This document shows, one piece after another, positions 1 to 14,459 of a stretch of DNA of 64,000 nt (positions are counted from its first letter, which is position 1; every line of letters begins with the position of its first letter). Under the pieces are notes generated by a model. It saw nothing but the letters and a program-made list of their open reading frames with translations. It made no database searches and was not told where the DNA came from. Position numbers and translations under genes: made by a program. This DNA is from Octopus vulgaris (lineage: Eukaryota): NCBI GenBank assembly GCA_951406725.2, contig OX597824.1:71858001-71922000 (forward strand), given 5' to 3'.

Positions 1-177
1 AAATACATGCGTGTTGTGAAAGTATGCAAATTTTGATATATGTACATCTATGAGTGTGTTAACTAAGCTTTTAGGTATCACACCCACTGATGATCATTTC
101 AGTTGCTTCCAAATGATGTTGGCTTTGCCAATTCTTTATGGTATGGATATGGAATCCTATTATCTCACTTGCACATA

Positions 178-263
178 TACACAGGGTGATTCAGAAATTC
201 TTTTAGCATTTAAATAACAAAGAATATTAAAATACTAAAACGACTTTTGAATCACTGTGTGTA
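178..263. mobile_element. Tiny Tc1/mariner-like MITE
   Basis: TA-cacagggtgattca ... tgaatcactgtgtg-TA imperfect terminal inverted repeats. Confidence 0.45.
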
Positions 264-271
264 AGTATACT

Positions 272-332
<61 letters not shown>

Positions 333-1263
333 ATATATATATATATATATGATACAGTATACATATATGTATATATATGTGTATATGTTTATATATATAC
401 ACACACATACACACACATGAATGTGTGTATCTATTTATATTCAAAATAATATTTGTGCAAACCACAAAAAGCTATTTTTCTTTGTTAGATGATTTTATTT
501 TCTAAGCTTCAAAATAAATCGTTTTTCACCAAAATAAAAGAATTTGAAAAGAAAATCTTGAAAAAAGTTAAAGAAAAAAAAATAACACTTGAAACTTGTT
601 CTCTAACACATATACTCCACATGTCATGAGTAATTAAACACATTAGTAATAATAATAATAATAATAATGCTATTAATATTGATATTAATAATAATAATGA
701 CATTCTAATTAATGATTTATTTTTGACTAGGTGCAAATCTAATTCTTTGGCAAATGTGGTATGGAACATATTGTTGTTTAAATGAATCATAAAATATGAT
801 TGGTACTTACTTTCATGATTACCCTCACTAGCAATGTAAAACAGTTCAAACTCAGAATGTGCTGGGTTTAGCTGTCACTTGCAAGTGAGTATGACCTGGT
901 AGTTTGTGCCATGCTTTCGCTAAATGTTTTAGGTTCCCATGTAGTTGTGAGCAGACGTATTCACACTCTCTGTCTTCCCATACTTAAACCCAGCTGAATA
1001 TCAATGATGCCACAGCTGGAAGGAGAGAGAGTTGCACCAGCAGTTGAGTAGACTGGAACAGTGTGAAATGAAGTACCTTGCTCAAGGACATAACGCACTG
1101 CATAGTTCAGGAGTTGAACCCACAGCCTGACGATCAAGAGCCCAACACCCTAGTTGCTGAACCACACATCTTCACAACTCAGAATGTAAAAGGTTGAATT
1201 TTGTATATTGTAAAGATATTAAACCTAGTGCTTTGCAATTCTTACCAGTTGCCTTGTCCTATC

Positions 1264-1299
<36 letters not shown>

Positions 1300-2812
1300 T
1301 CTTTTTTATATTGTCTCAATGCCACGTCCACAGATTTTGTGGGAACAGATATATAAATTGATTGAATTGACTTCAGTACACAGCTGGTATTTGCTTTAAT
1401 CAATCCCTGAATTATGAAAGGGCTAAATTCCCTTTGGTGGAAAATGTACACAGCATGTGGTGGGGCGATACTAAATTTTAAAAGTAATGCAATATTGTAC
1501 AGTTTCTGCAACTTTGCCTCTGTTAATAATAATAGCAAGAACACCAACAAGAACAAGAACAACAATAATAATAATAATTATATGCCACAGGAATGTTGGA
1601 TGAAAGGAACATTATGAAAACAGGTTACAATAAGGTATGGGGGTTTACATAAAAATCATACAAGGAAAATTGTATGTGTTTTATATTAATATGATTATGT
1701 ATATAACATTTTTTATTGATATTTTTTTAAAAAATCAATAAGAAATCCTTGGTTTTTGTATTTGGTTTGCAAGATTCTTGATTTGAATATTGTGTTGAAT
1801 GACCCTCTCTAGCCACAATAAGAAATCCTCTGAGGAACTAGTATAGTGGAATTAGTAGAGAGCTTGACTAAATGCTATGTAGTATTTAGTTTTTTTTTTT
1901 GTCACTCTACATCCTGAACTTAAATTTCATCAGAGGTGACATTTTATATTTCTTCCTCACCAGATAGATATAGGATAAGTACCAGTTATGTACAGGGATT
2001 GATTTAATTGACTATATGCCTACCCTAAATGTTGTGACCTTGTGCTCAATCATTATTATGCAGTGGGCATGCTGTAAAAGCAAATTTTGTTAGCTTCTGT
2101 TGAATCAAGTCCCCAAACCCAATGGTGATTGAAGCTATTTCACTAATGCTCTTGAAAAGACCATGAACGTCATAATCCTTTTTATAAATTTGTGATTGTA
2201 TTTTCAAATAATGATTCATTGCTGTAAGACTCATATGCATGACTTTCAGTTTACTCTTTATAAAAACAAAATATGTATTTTCCCTTTCAAATTCTCTTTT
2301 ATTACCTTTGTTTATTCTTTTTCTTTTTTTTCTTGTTTTTTTGTCCTTTTTCTGACCCACAATTTTCCAAAATGGAAAGACATACTGGGTCTTTTGTCTT
2401 TTGATGTTCATTACTTAGACTTGACAGATCAGGATGTCTCAGAATTTTTTTTTTAATTAAAATTTTTTGTTTTAATTAAAAAAATTTCTTTTAATTAAAA
2501 AATTTTTTTTTTAATTAAAAAAAAAATTATGTAAATAATGTCTCATTTGTTTTGTACACAAAAACTGTTGCATGTGAAACTGTGATGTTTTCACTTTCCG
2601 GTAATAATTATCAATGGTAACACAATAAAGAAATGGTTTAATAATGTTGGGTTTATCAAAGGATCGTGGATAGATTTTCAAGAGTTTTGCCAAATGAGAC
2701 AAAAAATATAAAAAAGTTAACCAAGGTAATGTAACAGTAAAATGTGTTCATATTCACTGAGATCTGTGTTTGTCCATGTGTATGTGTGTGTGTGTGTGTA
2801 TATATATAAACA

Positions 2813-2888
<76 letters not shown>

Positions 2889-3431
2889 TTTACACATATA
2901 TGTGCATATGTGTGATATGTGTGTATGTGTGTGCACATATATATTTTCTTTTCTTGTACAAATAAATGCAGATGGTCTGGCATGAAGTTAGTTGCATAAA
3001 ATTTTAGCCGTTTTATTTTAAAATTCTAATTATGCACTCGCACGCACGCACACACGCACATTTATGTACAGGCTTTTAATTTTATCATTGATTCATAAAA
3101 GCAACATGTGTTTCCCTTCTTGGTTCTATTTGTTTTTCCTCCTTGTGTTCATGCAAGATAGTTTAGGAAAAGTCTACCTGGGGGAACCCAATCATCTCCA
3201 AGCTGTTCCCTCAAGAAAAGCTGCAGCCAGCACATACTTGCATTGTTCAGGTTTTTTATGTTCTGAGTTCAAATCCCACTAAAGGTCAACTTTGCCTTTC
3301 ATCGTGTTGGTGGGTAGGGCAGGGGATGGTGGTGGTAGAAGTATCAGCCAGGTTCTGGGGTTGTTGTAATCATCCATAACCTCTTCTCTTAAAATTGCTG
3401 GGCTTGATTAGAAACAATTATTATTACTTAT

Positions 3432-4284
3432 TAAGGTGGCAAGCTAGCAGCATCGTTAGCACACTAGGAAAAATGCTTATTGGCATTTCGTCCATCTTCA
3501 CATTCTGAGCTCAAATTCCACTGAATTCAACTTTTGCCTCTCATCCTTTCAAAGTTGATAAATTAAGTATCAGTAAAACACTGGGGTCGATGTAATCGAC
3601 TTGTCCCATCCACCCTCAAATTTCAGGCCTTGTGCCTATAGTAGAAAGGATTATTATTATTAAGGTGGCGAGTTGGTAGAATCTTTACTGCACCAGGCAA
3701 AATGCTTAGTGGCGTCTCTTCCATCTTTATGTTCTGAGTTCAAGTTCTGCCAAGGTCAGCTTTACCTTTTATCCTTTCAGGGTTGATAAAATAAGTATCA
3801 GTTGTGTAATAGACTATCCCCTCCCCCCAAATTTCAGGCCTTTCTATAGTAGAAAGGATTTTATTATTATTATTATATGTTTATTTCAACTTTTTCTAAA
3901 TCAAAGAGGTGCTGGTTTTATTTGATACATCCTGTTTTGATTGCCTCTTGTACACTGCATTCCTAAATAGATAGGAAAATTTTTGTCTACATTAACATTG
4001 TTCTCCAGTAAAGATTGAATCATTATGATTTCTGTTTATTTTCTTCTTATTATTTTTATTAAACGGTGGCAAACCAGCAGAATCATTAGCATGTCATGCA
4101 AAAATGCTTAGTGGTATTTCTTCGACCTCATTACGTTCTGAGTTCAAATTCCACCAAGGTCAATTTTGCCTTTCATCCTTTTGGGATCAATAAAATAAGT
4201 ACCAGTTTGAGCACTGGGATCAATGTAATCTACTAGTCCCCACCTATCCCCAAATTTCAGGCCTTGTGCCTATAGTAGAAATTA

Positions 4285-4328
<44 letters not shown>

Positions 4329-4604
4329 TCAAAAATTGTGGTTTGGTCATACTGGTTTGTGGTGACAGTCAACAATAGCCATGTGGGGCTTTTCAGAAAC
4401 TAGTGGAATGGTTTGGTTTTTAATTTCAATGGGAAAATGATAGGGTGGAGGTGGGGGTGGAAGAGTCACTTTTTATTTGGTAGTTGCTTTGTATTCAGAC
4501 ATAGAGTATATTGTGTTAGGTGCATTGTCAGTGATTGAAATTAATATGGAGTGAAGAGGCTTCAGGCCTATAAGATGTCCTCTCTGGTGCTACTGATGTT
4601 ATAA

Positions 4605-4637
<33 letters not shown>

Positions 4638-5420
4638 CAAAAAATAAAATTAAAAAAAAACAGGGTCACTCTGTCAAAATGGTTAGCAGTGTGAATGGTA
4701 TTAAACAGAAAGGACAAAAAAAACTTCAACCACAGTCTTATGAGGCAGTTCAAAATCAAATTCTTAAGGTCCAAACAACCCATGCCAGCATAGAAAAATG
4801 GATGTGAAATTGAGTAATGTGATGATAAAGAGGATGATGATGATGATGATATTTGAATATAAAATGTAGATGTTGTCTCTTCTTTTTTTTTTTTTATCCT
4901 CTGCAAATTTAAATATCATGCCCATTTCTCTTTTGCAAAAGTATGCTCACCCTTACTTATTGGATTGGTTGAATGGTGAGAGCATCAGACAAAATCCCTT
5001 GTGGTATTTGGTTACATTCCTTTGTATTCTGAGTTGAAATTCCACTGAGGTCAATTTTTTCCCTTTCATTCTTCTGGGAGTTGATAAAGTAAAGCATTAC
5101 TCATACCCATGTACAAGAGGACATTGGTATTCACCAACACCTCCTCCTTTCAAAAATTATTGACCTTGAACCTAAGTTTGAAACAATTAGTATTATCATC
5201 ATTATTATATAAGGTGGTGAGCTGGCAGAATCGTTAGCACATTGAGCAAAATGCTTAGCAGTATTTCATCCATCTTTACATTCGGAGTTGAAATTCTGCT
5301 GAGGTTGAATTTACCTTTTATCCTTTTGGTGTTGATAAAATAAGTACCAGCTGAGCACTAATTAATGTAATTAACTTATCCCATTCCCTGAAATTGCTGG
5401 CCTTGTACCAGAATTTGAAA
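3432..5420 (+). mobile_element. Cluster of degraded Nin-domain-like SINE copies (approx. 3432-3650, 3662-3860, 4063-4282, 4970-5190, 5212-5420)
   Basis: Repeated aaggtggcgagctggcagaatcgttagc...ttctgagttcaaattcc...gtcgactttgcctttcatcctttcggggtcgataaa..aagtaccag units, most followed by ATT-rich tails. Confidence 0.8.
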
Positions 5421-5453
5421 CCATTATCATTATTATTATCATCATCATCATCA

Positions 5454-5510
<57 letters not shown>

Positions 5511-7920
5511 GTATGGCAGAATCAGTAGAGAGCCATACAAACAAATTATGTTGTGGCTTTAAGTTTCTTCCCTTCTATGCTTTGAATTCTAATCCCATGC
5601 AGTTAAGTTTGCCTTTCATCTTCCCAGGGTCAATAAAATAAGTAGAAGTCAATTACTGGGGACCAATAAATCGGCTATGCTCCTCCCTAAAATGTGTGAC
5701 CTTGTGCCTATGTTAGAAATCCTTATTTTGCATATAGTCAAAATTGTAGAATTAAACGCATGTTTAGTTTAATAGTGTTTTCTTTTTGTTGTTTTGTTCC
5801 CTTTTCTCAAAGAAGTGGACATTCATCTGGAGAAATTTTCATTCATTTGAGATCTTGGAAGATGAGTAAGTGTAAGTAATCAAAAGAATCTAAGCCAGTA
5901 CCTGATCAGGGACCAAAAGTGTGGTATTTAAAAAACTTTTTACTTAAGAACTTATATAATTATTAACAGAGCAAAGCGTGAGTGAAAATGAAGATGGAAG
6001 AATTATTCAATGTCAAGGATTATGGGACATATTTATTACAAGATATTGGCAGGTGTAGATATGGGACCAAAGACAAAAGTGAGGTATGTTAATGTAGCGG
6101 CACACTCAGTTATAAATTACTGTGTTAACTCTCTGTCAAAGTGCTGAAAGAATTTTTCCAAGTGAGGGAGCTTGTGTCAAAGGCCTAGATCTCAATTATA
6201 TTTGGGACCAAAATCAAAAGGTGAAAATCTGCAATATGGACATTTTTGTTGGAGTGATGTACAAACAGTGAACTCTACAGTTGTTAAACAGTAAGGTCTG
6301 GGTTCAGCAACAAAGTGGATCAGATCTGTAAATGTCAATATCTTCACATCGCATGTTATTTTATCTAAACTAATAAAAGTTTCAGTGTTATCTCTCAACT
6401 TATTCAAATTTGCATCCACTTTTTACTGTTTTCAAAATAGGGATAACACTTTTTTTTTTTCAGTTATAAAATTTAGGATAGCATGCTTTCCATGTCTTCC
6501 AAGCAGTGAAGCAGAAAATGTGATTTTTTTTTTTTTTTTGCTAATACATCTAATATATTTGGAATGTTTTCTCAAAGATTCAAATGGTTACCCCAATACC
6601 AAAGATAAATTTACTAGTTATCAGATTCTATCATTTTATTTCAGAGGCTGCTGATCACCTCTGTAGCATTATAATCAATTAAGTTAAACCAGAATTTGTA
6701 AATAAGTCTTGAAGCAAGTTCAGCTATAAATAATAAACAGTTTATTAAAGCTCTGGACTCATTTACATATTTCTTGATGTCTCTATATTTGCAATCAAAA
6801 TGTAGAATTGGTAAAGTTTATTCAGACTGGTTGTTCAGTTATTGAATATTATACCATTCGATCGTTGTTTAACTGACCTCAACTACTTAAATCCAAGAAA
6901 AGATCCAGTTTTATTTATTTATTTATTTTTATTGCCAAGATCCAAACAGAGATAGCAATAAGAAATGAAACTATGCCCTGAAATTATAACCACTTATGCT
7001 ACTGCATATAACTCTCTGTCATAATTCTTATAAATATTTGAACTTTATAAAAATCAAGGGGGAAATGTTTCAAATTATTTTTCCTCTTTTAAGAAAAGTG
7101 AGTTTAGAAATGGTACAAAACTATATACTTTACAGCATTTAATTTTGAGCTACTATATACTAAACTAAAACCTCACCAGACTAAAATTTGCTCTGGGACC
7201 GATAAATGATATAACAGTAGTATACTGCAATGATTTAACCATGTTTAATTTACAGTTCAAAAATGAAGTAAGTTGTTTTGCTTGAAGAAGAAGTCCTGCA
7301 TTTTGAAAAGTACCCTTCATTGGATTAAACTGTTTATACTTGCTAATTGCAAATGTAGACCACCACTAGTATGCTTGGATCCTACTGTTTACTTTACATG
7401 TAAAATAGTCAAGTATGTAGTATAATAGATGCTCCATGTGTATGTTTGGTGCATTTTTTTTTTTTTTTGTAAATTTAAAATTATTTTTGTTTTAATTTGG
7501 AAATGAATTAAAAAGGACCAATTTTTCTAGTGATTTCTACATATGTATATATATTTTTTGGCATGATATTTTGTTTTTGATGCATTTTCTTAATTTTTGA
7601 AATTATATATATATATGTGAAATGGTAATCAGTGGTGAGTACAACAAGCAAGACTTAGTCTCCTGCTAACCAATTCTACAACCCAGTTTCTATCCCGGTT
7701 ACAACCAATTCACTTCATTTAAGTCTGATAATGCCCTCAGGAGAGTTATGAACATTATAACTTTCTTTTACCCTCTTCCACAAAGAAAAATATAAAAATA
7801 TTGTAAAAGTTATGAAAAAAGAAAGAATTTATGTTAATAAATGTGGAACATTGCAGGGAGACTAAAGTAATTATTTTTTTGTTTATAAACAAAATATTGC
7901 CCATTTTATCTTTCCAATTC

Positions 7921-7964
<44 letters not shown>

Positions 7965-8479
7965 GGAAACTTAATTTTCAAGAGACATTACTTTCTCTAT
8001 CTCAATGAAATGGCTGAGTGGACTATGGTATGGTTGAACTACCAACTCATAGGTTGTGAGTAAAATCCACTGAAGGCACTCTCTCTCTCTCTCTCTCTCT
8101 CTCTGGGCAGAGCACTTAAATGTAAATTGTCTGTTTCATCTAGCTGGGGTTGGGGGGGATATGTAACTGATTTTTCTGGGAATGTCACCTGTAGTAGATT
8201 GACATCTTATCCAGAGGGAGATTAATCTCCTATATACTCAATGCCATGGAAGTGGAGCTAAGCACCAACTTTCATGAACCTAAAAATATTACCTGTTTTT
8301 TTTTTAACATTTTTTTTGTTCTCTCTGTCAGTCTATGGACCTCAAACCTTGTTTTAAATCTCCTTTATTCTTTGTAATTATACATATTTTTTTCAAAAAA
8401 GAAAAAAAAAAGATTCCAATGTTCTAAATATTTTTAAAAGAACAATTTATATGTAGTTTCTGTTTAATTGTTTTTCCCC

Positions 8480-8514
<35 letters not shown>

Positions 8515-8669
8515 AATATTTTTATTAATTCAATTTTTATTTTTGTTTTTTCACTAAGTGAAAAGAAAAAAAAAATATCCTACAGACTTTGTATGAACGA
8601 CTTTTCTTATTTCGCTGGAAACCAAATAAAGGGAAAAATGAAAAAACATTGAGTTTTTATTATTGTTGA

Positions 8670-9092
8670 GTGAGAAAGCTGTGCATGCAATCAAAGTGAC
8701 ACTGGGGTAAAATATACAAAGCCCAGTATACCCATCATGACTACCTGTCTGATAAGGGTACACCAGGCATCATCACAACCATATGTGCATGACATGGTGA
8801 TCGCATATCAAAATAAACAATGCATGACCTTGCAGGTGGGGTCCAGTTAGAATTTTCTTCAGGTCGAGTAGCCCACCCCACTCAAAAGGTCCCTGAATAA
8901 AGGTTGTGCAAGGATATTGAATGAAACACCAGATGTGAATTATTCAAATCTCAAAGAATTCCTCTCAACATGTGGCTATGATGCTCCCCAACTACTTCTG
9001 CTTATGATCAGAGATGCACATATCGTCAGCCACTAAGGGACATGATCAACTGGTTGTGAAACAATTGACAAGCAAATCTATGGTATTGAGCA
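8670..9092 (+). mobile_element. Interspersed repeat (unclassified, SINE-like), copy lacking the insertion seen at 40791
   Basis: gtgcatgcaatcaaagtgacactggggtaaaatatac...ctgataagggtacaccaggca... matches 40710-41490. Confidence 0.75.
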
Positions 9093-10571
9093 GAGGTAGA
9101 ATCATTAGCACACCAGGCAAAATGCTTAAGCAGCATTTCGTCCATCTCTATGTTCTGAGTTCAAATTCTGCCAAGGTCAACTTTGTCTTTCATCTTTTCA
9201 GGGTCAATAAAACAAGTACCAATTAAGTTCTGGGGTTGATGTGATGGACTGACCCACTCCTGCAGAGTTCCAGGCCTTGTGTCTATTTTAGAAAGAATTA
9301 TTATTATTATTATTATTACGAAGAAGAAGAAGAGTGCGATATGATTTGTAATAAATAGAGAATGACACTGTTTACTGAATTGAACAATATTTCCAATGAT
9401 CCACATTATATAATTTAAGTCAAATATGAAATCTCAGTTTCCACATTTATCCCACACCAATGCTGCTCAAGTTAAAGCTGAATCATTTACTATTCTTAAC
9501 TCAAGCACCATTCGTATCAAGAAAATGCCATTGTACCACACCCATTTGACTAAATGTTGTACCAGTACTAGTCACCATCTGATATTTTGTGAGACGGGCG
9601 TTCACGAAATTAAAAACTTCTTTGGTAGAAGTCTAGCTGTCCCAATTAAAAAAAGACGAGGTCATGAGAATTAACAGAAATGGTAAAATAAGAGACTGAA
9701 TATCAGATGCTATTTGGTTTCATCTTTATATGATCTTAGTTAAAAAGTTGCTGTTCATGTCCTTGAAAGAACATTAAAATCATTACACAGGCACAATCTC
9801 ACTTCTTGGTGACATCCATTAATGTAATTGCTCTAATGTATCAAAATAATTCAACAACCCCTTTTAGGGTTGGCAGAGTTGAAATTGGCAACATATGAAC
9901 ATTAATGTAACTAATTACTGTAGTTTTTGGTCCAGTACTGTATCATTCCCAACAGTTGTCAGCCTTCTTGGTGTATAAGTCCTAAAATAAGTTCCATAAA
10001 AATCTGAATTGCTAAGGAAAGGGGAATATAACGTCTTCGCTTTGTTGAAAAATAAGCAAGGGAGATAATGAAGTTTTAAAAATATCTTACAAAGAACATC
10101 ACCATCTTCATATATGTAAGTCCCCCCCCCACCTCTTGAATATATGGCATCAAAAATAATTATATTATAAGAACTCACAACGAGCCTTGAACATTTTAAA
10201 AAATCACACTGTAAAATAAATGCTGTGAACACAATTTTATTGAAAGAAACAAATTTTAAATTAGACCAAGGTGTTCAGAATTATCTCCCTTGCCAATGCC
10301 ACCGATAGACAATTACTTTCGTGATTTTGTTCGATGTCAATCCTAGTCGAACAGACGTACAATCAAAAGCATTTCAGTCATAACAAACTCGTCCTGTTTT
10401 TGTAAATTTAAAACTACATGGGTCAATAGTGTCTGATTTGAAAAATTTTTAACGACTACTTCTGGAGATATGCATCCTTTAAGGCCCTCATGCTTTCCGA
10501 AATCCGCCGAAACTACACCTGATTATATATACACTTTAGATGAGTTGTAGTGCACCTGAGCACTGTACACA

Positions 10572-10603
<32 letters not shown>

Positions 10604-12075
10604 GATAAAAAAAAATCCCTTCATGAACCACAAGATTTCATGCGACTGCAGTTTCTTCTGTTATTAACCTGAAAGATAATTATACCACTGCTATCATTAC
10701 TACAAATCTTGGCTAATCTGTAGCGTTTTCTTCACGAAAACTTGTCACGGAGTTAGCCTCTAAACGAATCGTTAGATCACCATGAAACAAAACGAAGAAG
10801 ATGTCTGTTGGGATACTTGACTTTTCCAACGCCTTAGCTTCGCCATCGTCCGTGGTAAAATGCTTGCTTCAGTAGGTTCCATTAAACCTTGTGGTGTGCG
10901 ACCAATAGAAGCACTTGCTGCTGCTTTGATTTTTTTCTTTCTCCCCTTTTTTTCTTGTTTTTCTTTTGTTAAATATATTCCTGTTCATATTTTGAATAAA
11001 AGATAATTGCTAAACCTAGAAAATTAGTTCTAAGACTGGATGGACGTGGCTGGAAGACCCTTGATCATAGATATTCTGGAGTGAGACTGCACTGCATCCC
11101 CTTTCGAAATATTCTGATACAATTGCAGTAACAAATGTACTTCCTGAAAAAAAAACGTGAAATTTCAGTTTATTAAGGGTGAACATTTAATTACATATGC
11201 AAACAAAATAATTTATGTACTTCAAATTCAAACACATTCAATGCATATACCTTGAGGCTATTCGTTTAATCTCTGCCATCCTTTATTCCTTTGCAGCAGG
11301 GACATTCATGTATCTCCGTATATTATGCTGAGGCTTCGCAATTCTCGGTACTAAGCCGCTTCCTTCAATAGTGCATCCACGCTTAGTTGAAAGGGTTTTG
11401 TTCTGAAAGTTACTTGTCAATTTCTCTAGCACTGGTGTCACGTAAAAAAGGACCCAGTATACTCTGTAAAGTAGTTGGTGTTAGGAAGGGTATCCAGTCA
11501 TAGTAACTATACCGAAGCAAATATTGGAGCTGTAGTCAGTCCTCTGAAACGTCAGTTTTTTTAACCATCAAGCCTATGGAGGACAAACTTTAAACGATAA
11601 TGATGATGACGTGTCTGTGTATACTAACTTGTATGTATGTATGTATGTGTGTGTGTGTGTGTACTGTAACCTTCCATCCCCTGGTATAAAACCACCTGCT
11701 TCAAAACCACGCCTCAGGTGAGTTTTATTGTCTTGGGAGGCACACGATGACTTCACTGATGCCAGTGCCACGCAAAAATCAGCACCCATTACTCTCTGAC
11801 AAATAGCGTTCGGAAGCGCATCTAGACGAGAAATCAGGCCAAAACAGACATCGGGGCTTGGTGCAGTTCTCTGGCTCGCGAACTCCTGTCTGGTCGTCCA
11901 ACCCTTGCCAGCATGGCAAGTGGACGTTAAATGATGTGTGTTTGAGCATGTGTATGTGTGTATATATATATGTGTACATACATTGAGACCCACTTCGGTC
12001 ATGACTGACCGTGGGATTGCACCTAGAAAGTCATCCTCCCAGGCACAAGTCCGGGCAAGGTTGTTTATGTACATA

Positions 12076-12550
12076 CATACTTGAGATCCGAGCCATTGAT
12101 GTGAAACCCACCAAAATACTAACAAGCACACATAATTTCCACATAAACAGTGATGTAGACCGCCTCTACCTAAAACGTAAACAAGGCGGCAGGTACAAAA
12201 TGCCTTTTAATATCGCATCATATCCATTCGGCAACATCTTTTAATCACCAAGCGTCGAAGTGCACCCCTTGACCAAGTTTTCATACATAAAGATGATAAC
12301 ATCATAAGACTTGGAAAGCAGCTCCTTGAGCAATACTCATTGTCTGATAACCGAGAATATATACCCAATGAAGTCGCACAACTCTACCGCAACATATCAC
12401 CAGATGAAAGGATGAACCTATATGAGCAGAAGACTATGCATGGATATGTTAGTAGAAAGCTCCGTGATGATAGTAACATCGATCATCAAATCAGTTTATC
12501 ATGGACGAATATCCGAATTATTACCTCCCACTTTGAAGGGAATGCGTTTT
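12076..12550 (+). pseudogene. Degraded non-LTR retrotransposon fragment (R4/Dong-like, RT C-terminal region)
   Basis: IRAIDVKPTKILTSTHNFHINSDVDRLYLKRKQGGR and KTMHGYV...IDHQISLSW...TSHFEG motifs, frameshifted. Confidence 0.7.
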
Positions 12551-13369
12551 ATCTTCTAAAACTCCCCTCGGAAAAAGTTTTTCATATTCAATTCCGATAT
12601 AATTATAATACGTACCTGATGCGTATTTGTAGAAAATTTCATTAAAAAATACGTTTTTCTGGAAGTTATAAGGAAACAAAATCGTAGGGGTAGGGCACAT
12701 ATGTGTAGTTATGCCCTTCGGGGTCGATAAAATAAGTACCAATTGAGCTCTGGTGTGGATTTTTGATCGATTTATCTCCGCCCCGAAATAGCTGGCCCTG
12801 TGCTAAAATTTACAATCAATATAAGATTTTTGTAGTGTGTTTGGAGCAATAAAGTTAATAAATTTTTCAGGTTTCCTATAAGGACTGCACTATTAAATGT
12901 ATTCTTTCTAATAAAAATAGTAAGGTGCAGCTTGAACAGATTTTGGATTAAGACGAAATAGTCATGTTTAGAATCTTGTTTTTAAAGGAGTATACGAGAT
13001 AGCCGTGGTTGAAATACGTTGAAAATACAGGGTGATCCAATTTGTATTTTTTGGAAAATTAAAAAGCAATTTAAGTCTCTTGATTAGGAAGAGTGACCTC
13101 CCTTTTAGTGATATAGTGTATGACCGCAAGAACAAACTGCTGGCGATAAAATTGATAAGATAGAGGCGAACCTAGTAATAACTGAAAACCTTGTAAAATT
13201 TATTAGAAATATGAAAATACAGTGAAATGTGTCTTAACAAAATACATTTTCCGTTGTAGACGACAAATGAAATTTGTTAAAAGTCATGTATTAACAAAGA
13301 ATAAATAGAAGTGGCAACTTAGTTCCAAAAATTGAAAAAGGCGTCTTCATCAAGCTTCTGGATTCCCAT

Positions 13370-13620
13370 AAATTCGGCAAGATGGTCCTCGATAAGAGTG
13401 ACTCAGTATTTCTATTTACAACAGGGATCAGGAAACCTTTTGTTCTAGATTTATAATCTCCAAAGATCCACTTCTCTTTATCAAACAGAATGTTTGTAGT
13501 GCACTAACAAAGATTCTTCAATTTCAACAGTTCTTGATCCTCCTATTATTTCAGGGTTTCGTGAAACGGCTACACCGCCGTAGCATTAATTGCAGTCAAC
13601 CATCGTACTGTTGCTCTTAA
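13370..13620 (-). pseudogene. Heavily decayed Merlin (ISXO2/IS1595-like) transposase fragment
   Basis: Minus strand reads STMVDCN*..RNPEIIGGSRTVEIEESLL../KEKWIFGDYKSRTKGFLIPVVNRNTESLLSRTILP, matching the IGG..VEIDE..W.FG..VxxR pattern. Confidence 0.7.
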
Positions 13621-13730
13621 TTACGAGCTCATGCATGAAATTTTTTGGACAACTCCCGATACGATCCAATGTATGAATCCTACAAATAGGTTAAACCAAG
13701 AACTTTCAGAGTTCTAAATGCTACTTTTCA

Positions 13731-13940
13731 GAGGCCCAACGCCGAATCTCGTCGGCCGCGCCGGTCGTCGAGAGCTGTGGCGCAAGGTTCGTACACGGTC
13801 GATCGTTTCGCCTGGCTAGGTTCGGAGTCCACTCGATCGGGGCTGCACAGAGCGGGTGTCAGGCCCATTCGGAGCCGGCGACGATCGGCGGTATTCATCG
13901 GCCCGAGAGTCGGATTGCTTGGGAACGCAGCCCAAAGCGG
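13731..13940 (+). pseudogene. Orphan 28S rRNA fragment (5' region, D1 domain)
   Basis: GC-rich island bounded by conserved LSU blocks gcccaacgccgaatc and gagtcggattgcttgggaacgcagcccaaagcgg; stops just before the expected gtggtaaactccat. Confidence 0.85.
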
Positions 13941-14459
13941 ACCTGCACTCCCTAACTGTGCACCTGTAGCAAATTTTATCTATACCTTTTGAGTTTTGTC
14001 CTTCAGTAAGATTACTACCACATTGTTCATAATGTGTCAGCATTGGTAAAAACCCGTAATATCTCAACCGTTTTATTATTACATTCTTTTAACACTGAAC
14101 CGTGCACCAATCTCAACTGGCGATATTTTGTTGAACCCGTTTCTGTTTGGGGTCCTAAGGGAAGCGCTGTCCATTATTGATGACAGAAACACCTACAAAA
14201 CTGATTACATGACCTAAAATATTGGTTATAACAAACGGAAAAATTAAATAGGAAATGTTAGTTAATCAGAGTGGGTACAAAGTTCTGTTGTCGTGAGGGA
14301 AAAGAGAAGTTTAAGTCTGAATAGTTCAATGTCACTGCTCTTTATCTTTTGAGAGATAAAACGCTTTTTTTTTTCTAAATGACTTTTGACTGCTTAAAAA
14401 TTTGCGGCTGCATCAGTTTTGCATCATATGTAACCGGTTAGTTTCGGAACGTTTCCAAA

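Noticed and set aside
88-125. CUGAUGA followed by a hairpin
   Set aside because: No GAAA or stem I/III partner follows
1591-1634. Micro-exon GMLDERNIMKTGYNK with ag/gtatgg borders
   Set aside because: No polypyrimidine tract (preceded by (AAT)n) and no recognisable homology
9420-10940. Unique-looking sequence with short ORFs
   Set aside because: No recognisable motif or consistent exon structure on either strand
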